Sequence record: OR896827.1
DNA length: 50,759 nucleotides
Strand: one strand, 5' to 3'
Source of the DNA: Escherichia phage MikeNSara
The translations under genes were made by a program, and so were the position numbers. Positions within the stretch are counted from its first letter, which is position 1; the number at the start of each line of letters is the position of its first letter. A model generated the notes under the pieces. It was not told where the DNA came from and searched no databases. It saw only the letters and a list, made by a program, of their open reading frames with translations. This document shows, piece by piece, positions 9,979-20,247 of the stretch.

Positions 9979-10296
9979 ATGGCAAAGATGAAACTAACGT
10001 TAGGCCCACTGCCTGATTTTAAGCTACCTGTTTCTTTCGTGCTTCCAAATGGTGATGAGCAAGTTATTGTTTTTACCGTGCGCCACAAGAAGGCAAGCGA
10101 GATTCACGAACGATACACGGCAGAAAAGCCGATGAGCGACGTAGAAATGATCACCTTCCTTGCTTCCGGTTGGGATCTGGAAGATGAATTTAACGAGGAA
10201 AACGTTGCTAAATTGCTGGATTATTACCCTTCTGCGTCATTATCGCTGACTGGTCATTATATGAAAGCACTTGCGGGGCAGCGGGTAAAAAACTAA
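9979..10296 (+). CDS. tail assembly chaperone (lambda G-like)
   Basis: RBS AAGGAG; 105-aa acidic protein immediately upstream of tape measure; ends just after slippery heptamer A_AAA_AAC. Confidence 0.65.
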   Translation: MAKMKLTLGPLPDFKLPVSFVLPNGDEQVIVFTVRHKKASEIHERYTAEKPMSDVEMITFLASGWDLEDEFNEENVAKLLDYYPSASLSLTGHYMKALAGQRVKN

Positions 10297-10613
10297 AGCG
10301 GGCGGTTTACCTGTTTTACCTCAAGCCGCCAACTGACGCACAATTAGAGGCCGTCGGCCTATCCCGTTCAGACTACGAAGGGGAGGAGCCGCCGGAGGTA
10401 ATTTTTGATGAATCAATGTTTCAATCTTGGGATCTGTTTTGCGCTATGCAGACGCAATGGAGGTCGACTAGCGGCAGTGTGTATGGGTTCGACTATAACG
10501 TTTTGCCTATGCTTTTTGACATTTACAAGATTGAGGATCGGGAGATGGCGCTAAATGATTTGCGCATCATGGAACAAAAGGCGCTAGAAATGATTCATTC
10601 AAACAAAACATAA
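9979..10613 (+). CDS. tail assembly chaperone frameshift product (lambda GT-like, -1 shift at 10287..10293)
   Basis: The -1 frame is open from 10293 to stop at 10613 with no intervening stop; heptamer AAAAAAC sits 1 nt before the 0-frame stop; GC-rich hairpin potential just downstream. Confidence 0.55.
10287..10293 (+). other. -1 programmed ribosomal frameshift slippery heptamer A_AAA_AAC
   Basis: X_XXY_YYZ heptamer in 0-frame of chaperone gene, 1 nt before its stop; -1 frame open to 10613. Confidence 0.6.
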
Positions 10614-10634
10614 GCGCCGCAAGGCGCTTTTTTA
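10612..10634 (+). terminator. intrinsic terminator after chaperone frameshift ORF
   Basis: AAGCGCC-GCAA-GGCGCTT stem plus T6. Confidence 0.65.
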
Positions 10635-10652
10635 ATATCTGGAGGTTTTAAA

Positions 10653-13334
10653 ATGGCTGAGAAATACGCTGGCCTAACGCTAGGCGTTGACGTGTCGCAG
10701 GTCAATAATGCTGTTAAATCATTGCAGCAATTCAAGAAGGCAAACGACGACGCAAAAAAAAGCGTTAATGAATTTGTTGATTCTGAGGTTGTGGCGCGAC
10801 AGCAAGCTAAACAGTTTGCCGAAGAATTGGCGCGCCAGAAAGCAGAATTTAAGAAAATCCAGGAGTCAATTGATCCCACCGCGTCAAAGATGGATAAGCT
10901 GCGAAAGGCAGCGACACAGCTTGATGCGCTATGGAAAAAGGGTATTGTTCCTGATGAGACTTTTTTTGAGCTTGGGGCAATTCTTGAGACACAGCAAAAC
11001 AAGCTGATCGCAACCAAAAAAGCGATGACAGAGGAAGGCCGCGCGGCGCTTGAGGAATCAAAGAACAAAGCGCGTGCAGCGGAAGAGGCTAAAAAATTCA
11101 TCCAGGCTTTGCGTGAGCAGGAAGAAGCAGCCGGAAAAAGCAAGTCTGAATTGCTGGAAATGAAAGCGGCACAGCTTGGAGTTAGCCAGGAGGCAGCACC
11201 TTACATCGCAAGACTGAAAGAGCAGGAAAAGCAGATCCAAAAACTTGGGATTTCTACAGGCCAATACAATCAAGCAATGAAGCTATTGCCAATGCAGATC
11301 ACAGACGTGGTGACTTCACTTGCTTCTGGTATGCCTGTTTGGCTGGTCGCAATCCAGCAGGGCGGACAGATTAAGGATTCTTTTGGGGGCGCATCCAATG
11401 CTTTAAAAGCGTTGCTATCTTTCCTTAATCCGGTAAACGTGGCGTTTGGCTTACTTTCCGGCACGCTGGCAATTGCTGCATATAATGCCTACAAAACACA
11501 GACAGAGTTTGAGGCAATTAAAAAAACCGTTCAGGAAACAACTGGCTTGACTGGTGATTTTGCCGAAAAGATTGCTACCGGAATCCAGGAGCTTTCCGAC
11601 AAGACAGGCGAAAGCGCAGAAGATCTGGCAAAGGCTTACATCACCACGAAAGACGGCGCGAGCGAGGCGATTAAAAAACTGGTTGACGTTGGCATGACTT
11701 ATGATGATGCAAAAAAGAAAGTCAACGAGTACAAAGGCGCGTCTAGCTTTGTCAGCTTGAATAACGAAATTGCAAACCACAAAAACAAAGTCCTTGAGTT
11801 GGGCGACTCGTGGTATGAAGTTTTGAAAGCGAAGCGTGATTACGCTTCCCCGTCCGGCGGCCTGTTAGGTAAAGAGCTTGGCTATGTTAATCCTATGCTT
11901 AAGTTTGCACTTAACACTTATGAAGACATTGGAAAGGTCGTAAAAGATGCGAATAAGGACATGGCTGAACGAGCGGAGCGAATCGACAAAGAAAACCTTG
12001 CCTTGAACAGAGTGAGAGCAGCACAGGAGGCTTTAAACAAAGCCATTGAAGATCAGAAGGGCGTGGCGCGTTCGGCTGATGAAGAACTGAAAAAGCGCGC
12101 GGCTGAAAACGTGGAGTTCAGACGCAAAGAGCTTGAGGAGATCAAGAAGCAGGAGCAGAAAAAGAAAGAGGCTAAAGGTGGAATAGTTCGCGGCCCTACT
12201 GAGCAGCTTGATAAAGAGTTGTACGTTTTAAAAGCGCAACTGGAAACTCTTAAAGAGCATCGCACTGTTAACGATGTTATTTCTCGCCAGCGTAAATCTT
12301 TATGGAGCATCGAAAAGCAGATCGAGATCCTGGAGGGTGCGCAGAGCAAGCGTAAATTGACAGGAGCGGAACAGGCGCTACTAAACGAGCAAAAAGCCGT
12401 TCTTGAAATGGCAAGGCAAAAGGCTGAATTAGGGGATCAGATTGTTTTGCAGGAGCGCAAAAACAAGCTGGAGCAAGATAGCATTAAGTTTATCCGTGAA
12501 ACGCAGGCGGCTATTGATGTGCTTGGCCTTAAGCAACTTGGCTACACTGAAAAGCAGATCGAGCGTGAGCTAGAGTTACGCAAGCTGCGCACCGACTACG
12601 AGGCGCAAGGAGGAAGCGTTAGCGATGAAGTTTTTCAGCAAATGGAGGCGAAACTTAAGCAGTATTATCAGACACAGGATGAGGTTCAAGGCAACTGGTT
12701 GGCAGGAGCAAAAAACGCATGGGAGCTATTCGCGGAAGATGCAAACAATGCCTATGGCAATGTTCAGCAGATCGCAAGCGAGGCGTTAAACGGCCTTACA
12801 AACCAATTAGCGAATTTTATCGCTACTGGCAAGGCAAACTTTAAAGACTTCTCGACGGCTATCATCAAAATGATTATTCAGATGATCACGAAAATGGTTG
12901 TCTTTAATGCGTTATCTGGCCTGATGGGTGGTCAAACCTGGACGATGGGGAGCTTGCTTAAGAACATTGGCGGATTTGCTGGCGGTGGATACACTGGCGA
13001 CGGCGGGAAGTATGAGCCAGCCGGAATTGTCCATAAAGGTGAATTTGTCATGACGAAGGAGGCGACGCAGCGTATCGGGGTAGGCAACTTGTACCGCATG
13101 ATGCGAGGCTATGCTAACGGCGGCGCGGTTGGTAGTTCCGGCTATACTGGCGGTGGAGTTGTCACTGGTGGAGCACCTCAATTTAACATCGGTGGGATTG
13201 ATGTTAGCATCAATAACGGCAGCGATCCGAAGGGCATCGAAACTGGCGTTAAGATGATCTTTACTGATATGATTAAACGTTCCTGTATGCAGGGCGGAGA
13301 GGTTTACGAATTTGTTATGAGCAAGCGAGGTTGA
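10653..13334 (+). CDS. tail tape measure protein
   Basis: 893 aa, long coiled-coil A/E/K/Q-rich N-terminal region, central hydrophobic segment, glycine-rich C-terminus; follows chaperone pair. Confidence 0.85.
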   Translation: MAEKYAGLTLGVDVSQVNNAVKSLQQFKKANDDAKKSVNEFVDSEVVARQQAKQFAEELARQKAEFKKIQESIDPTASKMDKLRKAATQLDALWKKGIVPDETFFELGAILETQQNKLIATKKAMTEEGRAALEESKNKARAAEEAKKFIQALREQEEAAGKSKSELLEMKAAQLGVSQEAAPYIARLKEQEKQIQKLGISTGQYNQAMKLLPMQITDVVTSLASGMPVWLVAIQQGGQIKDSFGGASNALKALLSFLNPVNVAFGLLSGTLAIAAYNAYKTQTEFEAIKKTVQETTGLTGDFAEKIATGIQELSDKTGESAEDLAKAYITTKDGASEAIKKLVDVGMTYDDAKKKVNEYKGASSFVSLNNEIANHKNKVLELGDSWYEVLKAKRDYASPSGGLLGKELGYVNPMLKFALNTYEDIGKVVKDANKDMAERAERIDKENLALNRVRAAQEALNKAIEDQKGVARSADEELKKRAAENVEFRRKELEEIKKQEQKKKEAKGGIVRGPTEQLDKELYVLKAQLETLKEHRTVNDVISRQRKSLWSIEKQIEILEGAQSKRKLTGAEQALLNEQKAVLEMARQKAELGDQIVLQERKNKLEQDSIKFIRETQAAIDVLGLKQLGYTEKQIERELELRKLRTDYEAQGGSVSDEVFQQMEAKLKQYYQTQDEVQGNWLAGAKNAWELFAEDANNAYGNVQQIASEALNGLTNQLANFIATGKANFKDFSTAIIKMIIQMITKMVVFNALSGLMGGQTWTMGSLLKNIGGFAGGGYTGDGGKYEPAGIVHKGEFVMTKEATQRIGVGNLYRMMRGYANGGAVGSSGYTGGGVVTGGAPQFNIGGIDVSINNGSDPKGIETGVKMIFTDMIKRSCMQGGEVYEFVMSKRG

Positions 13335-13336
13335 TA

Positions 13337-13687
13337 ATGAAGCTGGATCAGTTTAAGTGGTGTACGCAGGTTCAGAATGGCGGCGGGGCCATGACGTCAT
13401 CGAATAACGATCGAGAGATTGCATTCGGTAACGGATACACACAGGTAGCATCTGGAGGTTTTAACACAATCCGGCGAGAGTTTAGCATTGTTTACGTTGG
13501 GCTTGACTACAGAGATGTTGTCAATTTCCTGAATGAGCACAGGCTAAAACCTTTCTTGTGGATCATGCCTGATGGAAGCCCTGGATTGTTCAGGGTGAAA
13601 AGCGGCAGCGTCGGCCTTACTCCACTGTCGCCAACCGTTCAGGAAGTAAAAGCCACTTTTACGGAGCAATTTACATCAATGCAGTAA
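13337..13687 (+). CDS. minor tail protein (lambda M-like)
   Basis: Start moved to ATG 13337 just after tape measure stop; size and position match lambda gpM. Confidence 0.65.
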   Translation: MKLDQFKWCTQVQNGGGAMTSSNNDREIAFGNGYTQVASGGFNTIRREFSIVYVGLDYRDVVNFLNEHRLKPFLWIMPDGSPGLFRVKSGSVGLTPLSPTVQEVKATFTEQFTSMQ

Positions 13688-13691
13688 TTTA

Positions 13692-13716
13692 AAGCCGCCT
13701 TTGTGCGGCTTTTTTC
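13692..13716 (+). terminator. intrinsic terminator
   Basis: AAGCCGC-loop-GCGGCTT stem plus T6. Confidence 0.65.
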
Positions 13717-13749
13717 TTGATGTTACAATGAGCAAAAAGGAGGTAGAAA

Positions 13750-14511
13750 ATGGCTAATAAAGAATCAGGTAGAGTTGAATTTGAGAACTGCCTACAAAGT
13801 TTGTACCCAGGAGAAATTATAACGCTTGTAGAGATTGACGGGACGAAGTTCGGGGCAAATATTTACCGATTTCACAATGAGAACATCTCTTATACTGCCG
13901 AAGAATTAATGCAAGCGCAGCAAACCGGAATCTTGCCGCCGAAAGATATTATTTTCCAGGGTGAGGTTTACGGAGCGCGGCCTTTCGGTGTGAGCGGGAT
14001 TAACTTCACAAGTAACGGCAGGGCAGATAAGCCTCAGCTTATAGTGTCAAACCTTGACAGCAGGGTTAGCGCCATGATCAGAAATTACAATGGCATGATG
14101 CAAGCAAAGGTGACTTTCTGGATTACGGCAAAGGAATTTATAGGAGAAGGCGGAGCAATCAAAGATGGCGCTTACAGAAAATTGGTTTATTACATTGAGC
14201 GCCCAAGCCAGTATAATAGAGAGGTGGCGAAATTTGATCTGACATCGCCTTACGATATGGATGGATTAATGATCCCGCCGCGCATCACTCAAAGCGTTTG
14301 CTATTGGGCGCAAAGGGGGTGGTACAGGAGCGGAAAGGGTTGCTCTTATAACGGATCGGCAATGTTCGATAAAGACAATAAGCCAGTAACAGATCCATCA
14401 CAAGACTATTGCGCCGGAACTGTAACGGCTTGCAAATTGAGGTTCGGTCAGCAAAACGAATTGGATTTCGGCGGTTGCGCGGTTGCTTCACTGCTACGGA
14501 GGAATCAATAA
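13750..14511 (+). CDS. minor tail protein (lambda L-like)
   Basis: RBS AAGGAGG; ~250 aa; position between M-like and K-like genes. Confidence 0.7.
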   Translation: MANKESGRVEFENCLQSLYPGEIITLVEIDGTKFGANIYRFHNENISYTAEELMQAQQTGILPPKDIIFQGEVYGARPFGVSGINFTSNGRADKPQLIVSNLDSRVSAMIRNYNGMMQAKVTFWITAKEFIGEGGAIKDGAYRKLVYYIERPSQYNREVAKFDLTSPYDMDGLMIPPRITQSVCYWAQRGWYRSGKGCSYNGSAMFDKDNKPVTDPSQDYCAGTVTACKLRFGQQNELDFGGCAVASLLRRNQ

Positions 14512-15242
14512 TGATTAGTGCAAAAATTAAACTTGAAATAATGCAGCACGTTAAAGAGGAATACCCTAAAGAGGCTTGCGGCGTCATAACTCAAAAGTCA
14601 CGGGTACAGAAATATCACCGCATAACCAACGTGCATGACGATCCAGAAAATCATTTTGAAATGGACGCTGTAGAATACGCTGAATCGCTCGACAAAGGCG
14701 AATTAATCGCGGTGGTGCATTCCCATTGCGGGGATGGTGCTAGCACGATACCGAGCGCGCACGACTCATGTATGTGCGATGAAATGGGTGTGTCGTGGAT
14801 TATAGTGTCATGGCCCGAAGGTGATATGAGAATTGTCGAGCCGCAGGAGAGGCCGCTTATCGGTCGCCCGTGGTCGCTTGGGTCGTTCGATTGCTGGGGT
14901 CTTATCATGGCGTGGCATAAACAGCACGGAGTAGTATTGAATGACTTCCGAAAGCCTTACGAGTGGTGGAAGTCAGAATATGGTGAAAATCTTTACCAGG
15001 ATAATTATTTAAAAGAGGGATTTATTGAAACTAACGAGCCTCCAAAGCCTGGCGATATGGTTATCATGCAACTATCATCGCCAGTCTGGAATCATGCGGG
15101 TATATATTTGGGAAACAACCAGCTATTACATCATGCGTTTGGAAAGCTATCTCGCATTGACTTGTATTCTGGATGGTATCAGGAGCACACTGTAAAAATT
15201 TGCCGACATAAGGATCTGAAATATGACATTGAAAGTAATTAA
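14511..15242 (+). CDS. tail assembly protein (lambda K-like; MPN/JAB + NlpC/P60 domains)
   Basis: Start moved from upstream non-ATG extension to ATG 14511 (RBS GGAGG); N-terminal HSH...D metalloprotease-like motif and C-terminal Cys/His NlpC-P60-like region (FDCWGL...H). Confidence 0.7.
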   Translation: MISAKIKLEIMQHVKEEYPKEACGVITQKSRVQKYHRITNVHDDPENHFEMDAVEYAESLDKGELIAVVHSHCGDGASTIPSAHDSCMCDEMGVSWIIVSWPEGDMRIVEPQERPLIGRPWSLGSFDCWGLIMAWHKQHGVVLNDFRKPYEWWKSEYGENLYQDNYLKEGFIETNEPPKPGDMVIMQLSSPVWNHAGIYLGNNQLLHHAFGKLSRIDLYSGWYQEHTVKICRHKDLKYDIESN

Positions 15243-15819
15243 GCTATCTGGTTCCCTGGGGCGTAGATTTGGCGTCTTTCACAAAATGGCGGTTGACTCA
15301 TACCCCGAAGCAATACGCGCGCTATCTTCCCAGGTTGAAGGGTTCAAAGACTACATGCAAAGCGAAGTAGGATCGCGCATGAAGTATGCTGTATTCGTTG
15401 ACGGTAAAAACGTTGGTCAGCATGATGAAAAATCATGGAAGTGCGCGCGAGAGGTTAGAATAATTCCCGTTCCAACTGGTTCTAAGTCCGGCGGCCTGTT
15501 CAATGTTGTTTTTGGCGCTGTAATTATGGCTACTGCGTTCATTACTGGTGGTGCAAGCCTTGCGGCTATGGGCGCTTTTGCATCTTCCGCATTTATGATG
15601 GGTGGTGCTATCGCGCTGGGGGGTGTCATGCAAATGATTTCGCCGCAGCAGGGCGGAATGAAACTGCAAAGCCAATCAGCAGAAAACAGGCCTTCTTACG
15701 CTTTCGGCGGTGCAGTAAATACCACGGCGGCAGGTTATCCGGTTCCTTTGCCATATGGATATAGGACGGTAGGCGGCGCGATCTGGTCGGCTGGCAGCTA
15801 CGCAGAAGATAAAGCATAA
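15223..15819 (+). CDS. tail assembly protein (lambda I-like)
   Basis: Overlaps K-like gene 3' end; glycine/alanine-rich hydrophobic C-terminal half as in gpI. Confidence 0.65.
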   Translation: MTLKVIKLSGSLGRRFGVFHKMAVDSYPEAIRALSSQVEGFKDYMQSEVGSRMKYAVFVDGKNVGQHDEKSWKCAREVRIIPVPTGSKSGGLFNVVFGAVIMATAFITGGASLAAMGAFASSAFMMGGAIALGGVMQMISPQQGGMKLQSQSAENRPSYAFGGAVNTTAAGYPVPLPYGYRTVGGAIWSAGSYAEDKA

Positions 15820-15825
15820 AAAAAT

Positions 15826-15849
15826 ACCCGCCTTGCGCGGGTTTTTTTG
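15826..15849 (+). terminator. intrinsic terminator
   Basis: ACCCGC-loop-GCGGGT stem plus T7. Confidence 0.7.
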
Positions 15850-15897
15850 TGCCTTTATAATGTGTAAACCAAGAAACAGCACAAAAGGTTAAAAGTC

Positions 15898-18800
15898 ATG
15901 GCTAAATATATGATAAGCGGCAGTAAAGGGGGCGGTCAAAAGCCCTACGTGCCAAAAGAGATGGAAGATAACCTGATCTCGATAAACAAGATTAAAGTTT
16001 TGCTGGCTGTATCTGATGGCGAGTGCGATCCAGATTTTACGTTGCGTGATCTTTATCTTGATGATGTTCCGGTTATTGCCAGCGATGGCACTGTTAACTA
16101 CGAGGGAGTTACGGCTGAATATAGGCCAGGTACGCAGACGCAAGATTACATCCAGGGTTTTACTGACACATCAAGTGAGGTTACAGTTGCCAGAGATATT
16201 ACCGGAGACAATCCTTATGTTATTTCTGTTACAAATAAAAACCTATCTGCGGTAAGAATAAAGATCCTGATGCCAGTAGGCATTAAAACAGAGGATAATG
16301 GCGATCTTGTTGGCGTAAGGGTTGAGTATGCCGTAGATATGGCTGTTGATGGCGGTTCTTATAGCGAGGTTATGAGAGATGTAATTGACGGCAAGACAAG
16401 ATCAGGATACGACCGCAGCAGAAGGATTGATCTTCCTAAGTTTGATGAGCGCGTTTTAATCAGGGTTAAGCGACTTACCCCAGACAGCACATCTTCAAAG
16501 GTGACTGATAAAATCAAACTGCAAAGTTACGCTGAGGTTGTGGATGCAAAATTCCGTTATCCTCTGACTGGCCTTGTATTTGTAGAGTTTGACAGCGAAT
16601 TGTTTCCTACACAAATCCCTAACATTTCTATAAAAAAGAAATGGAAGATTATTAATGTGCCAAGCAACTATGATCCAATATCAAGAGAATATCACGGGTC
16701 ATGGGATGGGACTTTTAAAAAAGCGTGGTCAAATAATCCTGCATGGGTTCTTTATGATCTGGTGACTAATCAGCGTTATGGACTTGACCAGCGAGAGTTA
16801 GGAATACAGATCGACAAGTGGAGCTTATACGAGGCAGGCGTTTACTGTGATCAGAAAGTTCCAGACGGTAAGGGCGGTACAGAGCCTCGCTACCTATGCG
16901 ATGTGGTGATCCAGAATCAGGTTGAGGCTTATCAGCTAATCCGTGACATTTGCTCAATCTTTCGCGGAATGAGCTTTTGGAATGGTGAGAGCTTATCAAT
17001 CGTGATTGATAAGCCGCGCGATCCATCATACGTGTTTACTAATGAAAACGTCATCAACGGTGATTTTCAGTACACAACCGCAAGCGAAAAAAGCATGTAC
17101 ACGCAATGTAATGTGACGTTTGACGACGAACAAAACATGTATCAACAGGACGTCGAGGGGGTTTTTGATACTGAGGCGGCATTACGATTTGGATACAATC
17201 CAACAAGCATTACAGCGATCGGGTGTACACGCAGGAGCGAAGCGAATCGTCGAGGTCGGTGGGTTTTGAAAACAAACCTTAGAAGCACTACTGTAAACTT
17301 TGCTACTGGACTGGAGGGGATGATTCCATCCATAGGTGATGTGATTGCTATCGCTGATAATTTTCAGAGCAGCAATCTAACGTTAAATCTTTCGGGCCGA
17401 GTAATGGAAGTTTCAGGCTTGCAAGTTTTCGTTCCGTTTAAAGTTGATGCGCGTCCTGGTGATTTTATTATCATCAATAAGCCGGACGGCAAGCCAGTTA
17501 AGCGAACGATCTCAAAGGTGAGCGCGGACGGAAAAACCATTGAGTTAAATATTGGCTTTGGTTTTGATGTTAAGCCAGACACTGTTTTTGCGATTGACCG
17601 TACTGACCTTGCGTTGCAGCAATACGTTGTGACCACTATCAGCAAGGGAGATGACGAAAACGAGTTTACCTATTCAATCACGGCTGTGGAGTACGATCCG
17701 AACAAATACGACGAGATTGATTATGGCGTAAACATTGATGACAGGCCTACTTCAATTGTTCAGCCTGACGTGATGGCAGCGCCGGAGAATGTTCAGATCT
17801 CATCTTATTCTCGCGTCGTGCAGGGTGTTAGCGTTGAAACTATGGTTGTTTCATGGGATAAGGTTCCTTACGCATCGCTTTATGAAATGCAGTGGCGAAA
17901 AGGTGATGGTAACTGGCTGAATACGCCGCAGACCGCTAACAAAGAGATAGAGGTAGAAGGAATTTATTCAGGCAACTACCAAGTAAGGGTGAGATCCGTT
18001 TCTGCAAGCGGTAACACTTCCCCGTGGTCAAAGATTGCAACAGCTACCCTGACAGGTAAAGTTGGCGAGCCAGGAGCGCCGATTAATCTTACAGCTTCTG
18101 ATAATGAAGTTTTTGGCATTCGTGTTAAATGGGGTATGCCGGAAGGATCAGGAGATACGGCTTACATTGAGCTTCACCAATCGCCAGATGGAACGGTGGA
18201 AAACTCAAGTTTGCTTACGCTGATCCCGTATCCTCAATATGAGTATTGGCATAGCACGTTACCAGCGGGTAAAGTTGTATGGTATAGAATCCGTAGCGTT
18301 GACAGGATCGGCAATGTTTCAGGCTGGACTGACTTTGTTCGTGGCATGGCGTCAGATGATGTTGAATCTGTTTTAGGCGACATTCTTGACAAGATTTTTG
18401 ATACCGAAGCTGGTCAAGAAATCAAAGAGAACGCCATAGACAGTGCCAACAAAATCAAAGACCAAGCGCAATCAATCATCCAGAACGCATTGGCAAATGA
18501 TTCTGATGTTAGAGTTATGAAAAAGGAGAATGGGAAACGGAAAGCTGAATTTAGGCAATCTATACAGATGATTGCTGATGAAACAGAGGCAAGGGTAACA
18601 GCGTTAACGCAATTAAAAGCAGAATTTGATGAGGAGATAACTAGCGAAGTAACAAGACTTGATCAGGCGATCGCAACAGAATCAGAAACGCGAGCAACAG
18701 CTATAGAGGAATTAAAATCACAGATTGGTGATGATATTCAGGGGCAGTTAACGAGAGTTGAGGAAGCGATTGCAAGCGAAACAGAAGCGCGCGTTTCTGC

Positions 18801-19323
18801 CGATACTGCATTAACGGCAAAGTTTGGTGATCTTGAGTCAGCACTTACTGAAAAACTTGATTCATGGGCTGGCGTTGATTCAGTTGGTGCTCAATATTCA
18901 ATGAAGCTGGGCCTAACCTATAACGGTCAGCAGTACAGCGCCGGAATGGTTATGCAGTTAACGCAATCACCGCAAGGATTAATATCACAGATTCTGTTTG
19001 ACGCTAACAGATTCGCGATCATGACAAGTTCTAGCGGAGGGGTATATACGCTTCCTTTCGTGGTTGAGAATAACCAGGTTTTCATCAATAGCTTACTTGT
19101 GAAAGATGGTTCAATAACTAATGCTATGATTGGAAACTTTATTCAGTCAAACAATTTTGTTCAAAATCAGCAAGGTTGGAGGCTTGATAAAAACGGAATA
19201 TTTGAAAACTACGGATCAACTCCAGGAGAGGGAGCTACTAAATTCACCAACGAAGGATTGAAGGTAAAAGATGCAAGCGGAGTATTGAGGGTTGAAGTCG
19301 GAAGGATTACCGGAAGCTGGTAA
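15898..19323 (+). CDS. central tail fibre / host specificity protein (lambda J-like)
   Basis: 1141-aa ORF closing the tail operon; conserved J-like N-terminal region, fibronectin-III-like repeats, divergent C-terminal region; followed by bidirectional terminator. Confidence 0.85.
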   Translation: MAKYMISGSKGGGQKPYVPKEMEDNLISINKIKVLLAVSDGECDPDFTLRDLYLDDVPVIASDGTVNYEGVTAEYRPGTQTQDYIQGFTDTSSEVTVARDITGDNPYVISVTNKNLSAVRIKILMPVGIKTEDNGDLVGVRVEYAVDMAVDGGSYSEVMRDVIDGKTRSGYDRSRRIDLPKFDERVLIRVKRLTPDSTSSKVTDKIKLQSYAEVVDAKFRYPLTGLVFVEFDSELFPTQIPNISIKKKWKIINVPSNYDPISREYHGSWDGTFKKAWSNNPAWVLYDLVTNQRYGLDQRELGIQIDKWSLYEAGVYCDQKVPDGKGGTEPRYLCDVVIQNQVEAYQLIRDICSIFRGMSFWNGESLSIVIDKPRDPSYVFTNENVINGDFQYTTASEKSMYTQCNVTFDDEQNMYQQDVEGVFDTEAALRFGYNPTSITAIGCTRRSEANRRGRWVLKTNLRSTTVNFATGLEGMIPSIGDVIAIADNFQSSNLTLNLSGRVMEVSGLQVFVPFKVDARPGDFIIINKPDGKPVKRTISKVSADGKTIELNIGFGFDVKPDTVFAIDRTDLALQQYVVTTISKGDDENEFTYSITAVEYDPNKYDEIDYGVNIDDRPTSIVQPDVMAAPENVQISSYSRVVQGVSVETMVVSWDKVPYASLYEMQWRKGDGNWLNTPQTANKEIEVEGIYSGNYQVRVRSVSASGNTSPWSKIATATLTGKVGEPGAPINLTASDNEVFGIRVKWGMPEGSGDTAYIELHQSPDGTVENSSLLTLIPYPQYEYWHSTLPAGKVVWYRIRSVDRIGNVSGWTDFVRGMASDDVESVLGDILDKIFDTEAGQEIKENAIDSANKIKDQAQSIIQNALANDSDVRVMKKENGKRKAEFRQSIQMIADETEARVTALTQLKAEFDEEITSEVTRLDQAIATESETRATAIEELKSQIGDDIQGQLTRVEEAIASETEARVSADTALTAKFGDLESALTEKLDSWAGVDSVGAQYSMKLGLTYNGQQYSAGMVMQLTQSPQGLISQILFDANRFAIMTSSSGGVYTLPFVVENNQVFINSLLVKDGSITNAMIGNFIQSNNFVQNQQGWRLDKNGIFENYGSTPGEGATKFTNEGLKVKDASGVLRVEVGRITGSW

Positions 19324-19353
19324 AAAAAAGGGGGCATAGCCCCCTTTAATTTT
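19322..19353. terminator. bidirectional intrinsic terminator between tail operon and convergent minus-strand genes
   Basis: A8-GGGGGC-ATA-GCCCCC-TTT; A-run upstream and T-run downstream. Confidence 0.7.
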
Positions 19354-19966
19354 AATCATAGTGTGATGCATTTATAACCAAAACAGATGAGGCGGTGTAA
19401 ATACCAACAGGTCCAGGGGTTTGTGCAACCTGCCTGGAAAAAGAGTAGATCCCGTTACCATACGCGGCAGCTTGAGACTCAAAAATCATAAATCCACCTA
19501 AAGCCGGATTAGGTACAGAGTTTAACGCTGTTAGTGATGGCATTATTGCGCAAGGGTAGCCCAGGTTAACATCAAACGCGATCCCGCTCACACCAACTTG
19601 CTTTGCATCAAGCGGCCTCATTTTTCCATGATAAACCATTTCACCATGAGCGTTATAAAACGCTATGCCGTGACTACCTGGAGGAGTCACCATGTTACTA
19701 AAAGCATAAACAATAACCTCCCCTTGATTATCAGATCTATCAATTCTTATTGCGTGCCTTCCACCATTGTTAAATTGCGTAAATGATATGTATGATTTAG
19801 CAGTCAATCTAACAAAGAAAAAACATACCCTATCAACAGGAATTGACGAAGTAAAAACGGTTCCGGTATTAGCAGATATTACGGCCCGATCAATTAGATT
19901 AACTGGAGTGAAATCTGGACTTAACCATAACGATCCGTCTGGTTTTTTTATGCTCATCCCGTACAT
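19352..19966 (-). CDS. hypothetical protein (tail-region accessory)
   Basis: Minus-strand ORF converging on J terminator; start moved from TTG 19978 to ATG 19966; N-terminal motif shared with upstream 92-aa ORF. Confidence 0.5.
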   Translation of the reverse strand: MYGMSIKKPDGSLWLSPDFTPVNLIDRAVISANTGTVFTSSIPVDRVCFFFVRLTAKSYISFTQFNNGGRHAIRIDRSDNQGEVIVYAFSNMVTPPGSHGIAFYNAHGEMVYHGKMRPLDAKQVGVSGIAFDVNLGYPCAIMPSLTALNSVPNPALGGFMIFESQAAAYGNGIYSFSRQVAQTPGPVGIYTASSVLVINASHYD

Positions 19967-19968
19967 TA

Positions 19969-20247
19969 TCACCCCCAAAAAGTATATATATATCTTGAAT
20001 CAGATCCAGAAAGTCCACTCCATGTAACGGTGTCGCCACTTACTCCTAAGCTTGGTGCGCCAGGGTCGCCACCGCGCCAGGAATTCATGCCAACATATAT
20101 TGCTTTCAATGATTTACCTGGCGGCCTGTTTTGGTAAGTCTTGCTACCTGATGGCTGAGTGAATTTATCAAGAAAGAAAACAGGCGTTAAAAGTCCTGTA
20201 ACTTCCCTCCCTCGATCGTCATATATTGCATAACCATATTGCGCCAT
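19969..20247 (-). CDS. hypothetical protein
   Basis: RBS GAGGTG; TAATG overlap with lipoprotein gene stop; N-terminal D.G...TPV..LD motif shared with 19352..19966. Confidence 0.5.
   Translation of the reverse strand: MAQYGYAIYDDRGREVTGLLTPVFFLDKFTQPSGSKTYQNRPPGKSLKAIYVGMNSWRGGDPGAPSLGVSGDTVTWSGLSGSDSRYIYTFWG

Noticed and set aside
10595-13181. Several minus- and plus-strand ORFs (60-180 aa) inside the tape measure gene
   Set aside because: Embedded in alternative frames of an 893-aa gene with coherent coiled-coil sequence; products are low-complexity (Ser/Cys/Ala-rich); no RBS.
14409-14510. N-terminal extensions in the ORF track that begin at non-ATG or unsupported codons (also 31038, 25491, 26581, 1634, 7278, 20522)
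   Set aside because: Extensions overlap the upstream gene or lack an RBS; in each case an internal ATG with a Shine-Dalgarno sequence 6-10 nt upstream gives a better model.
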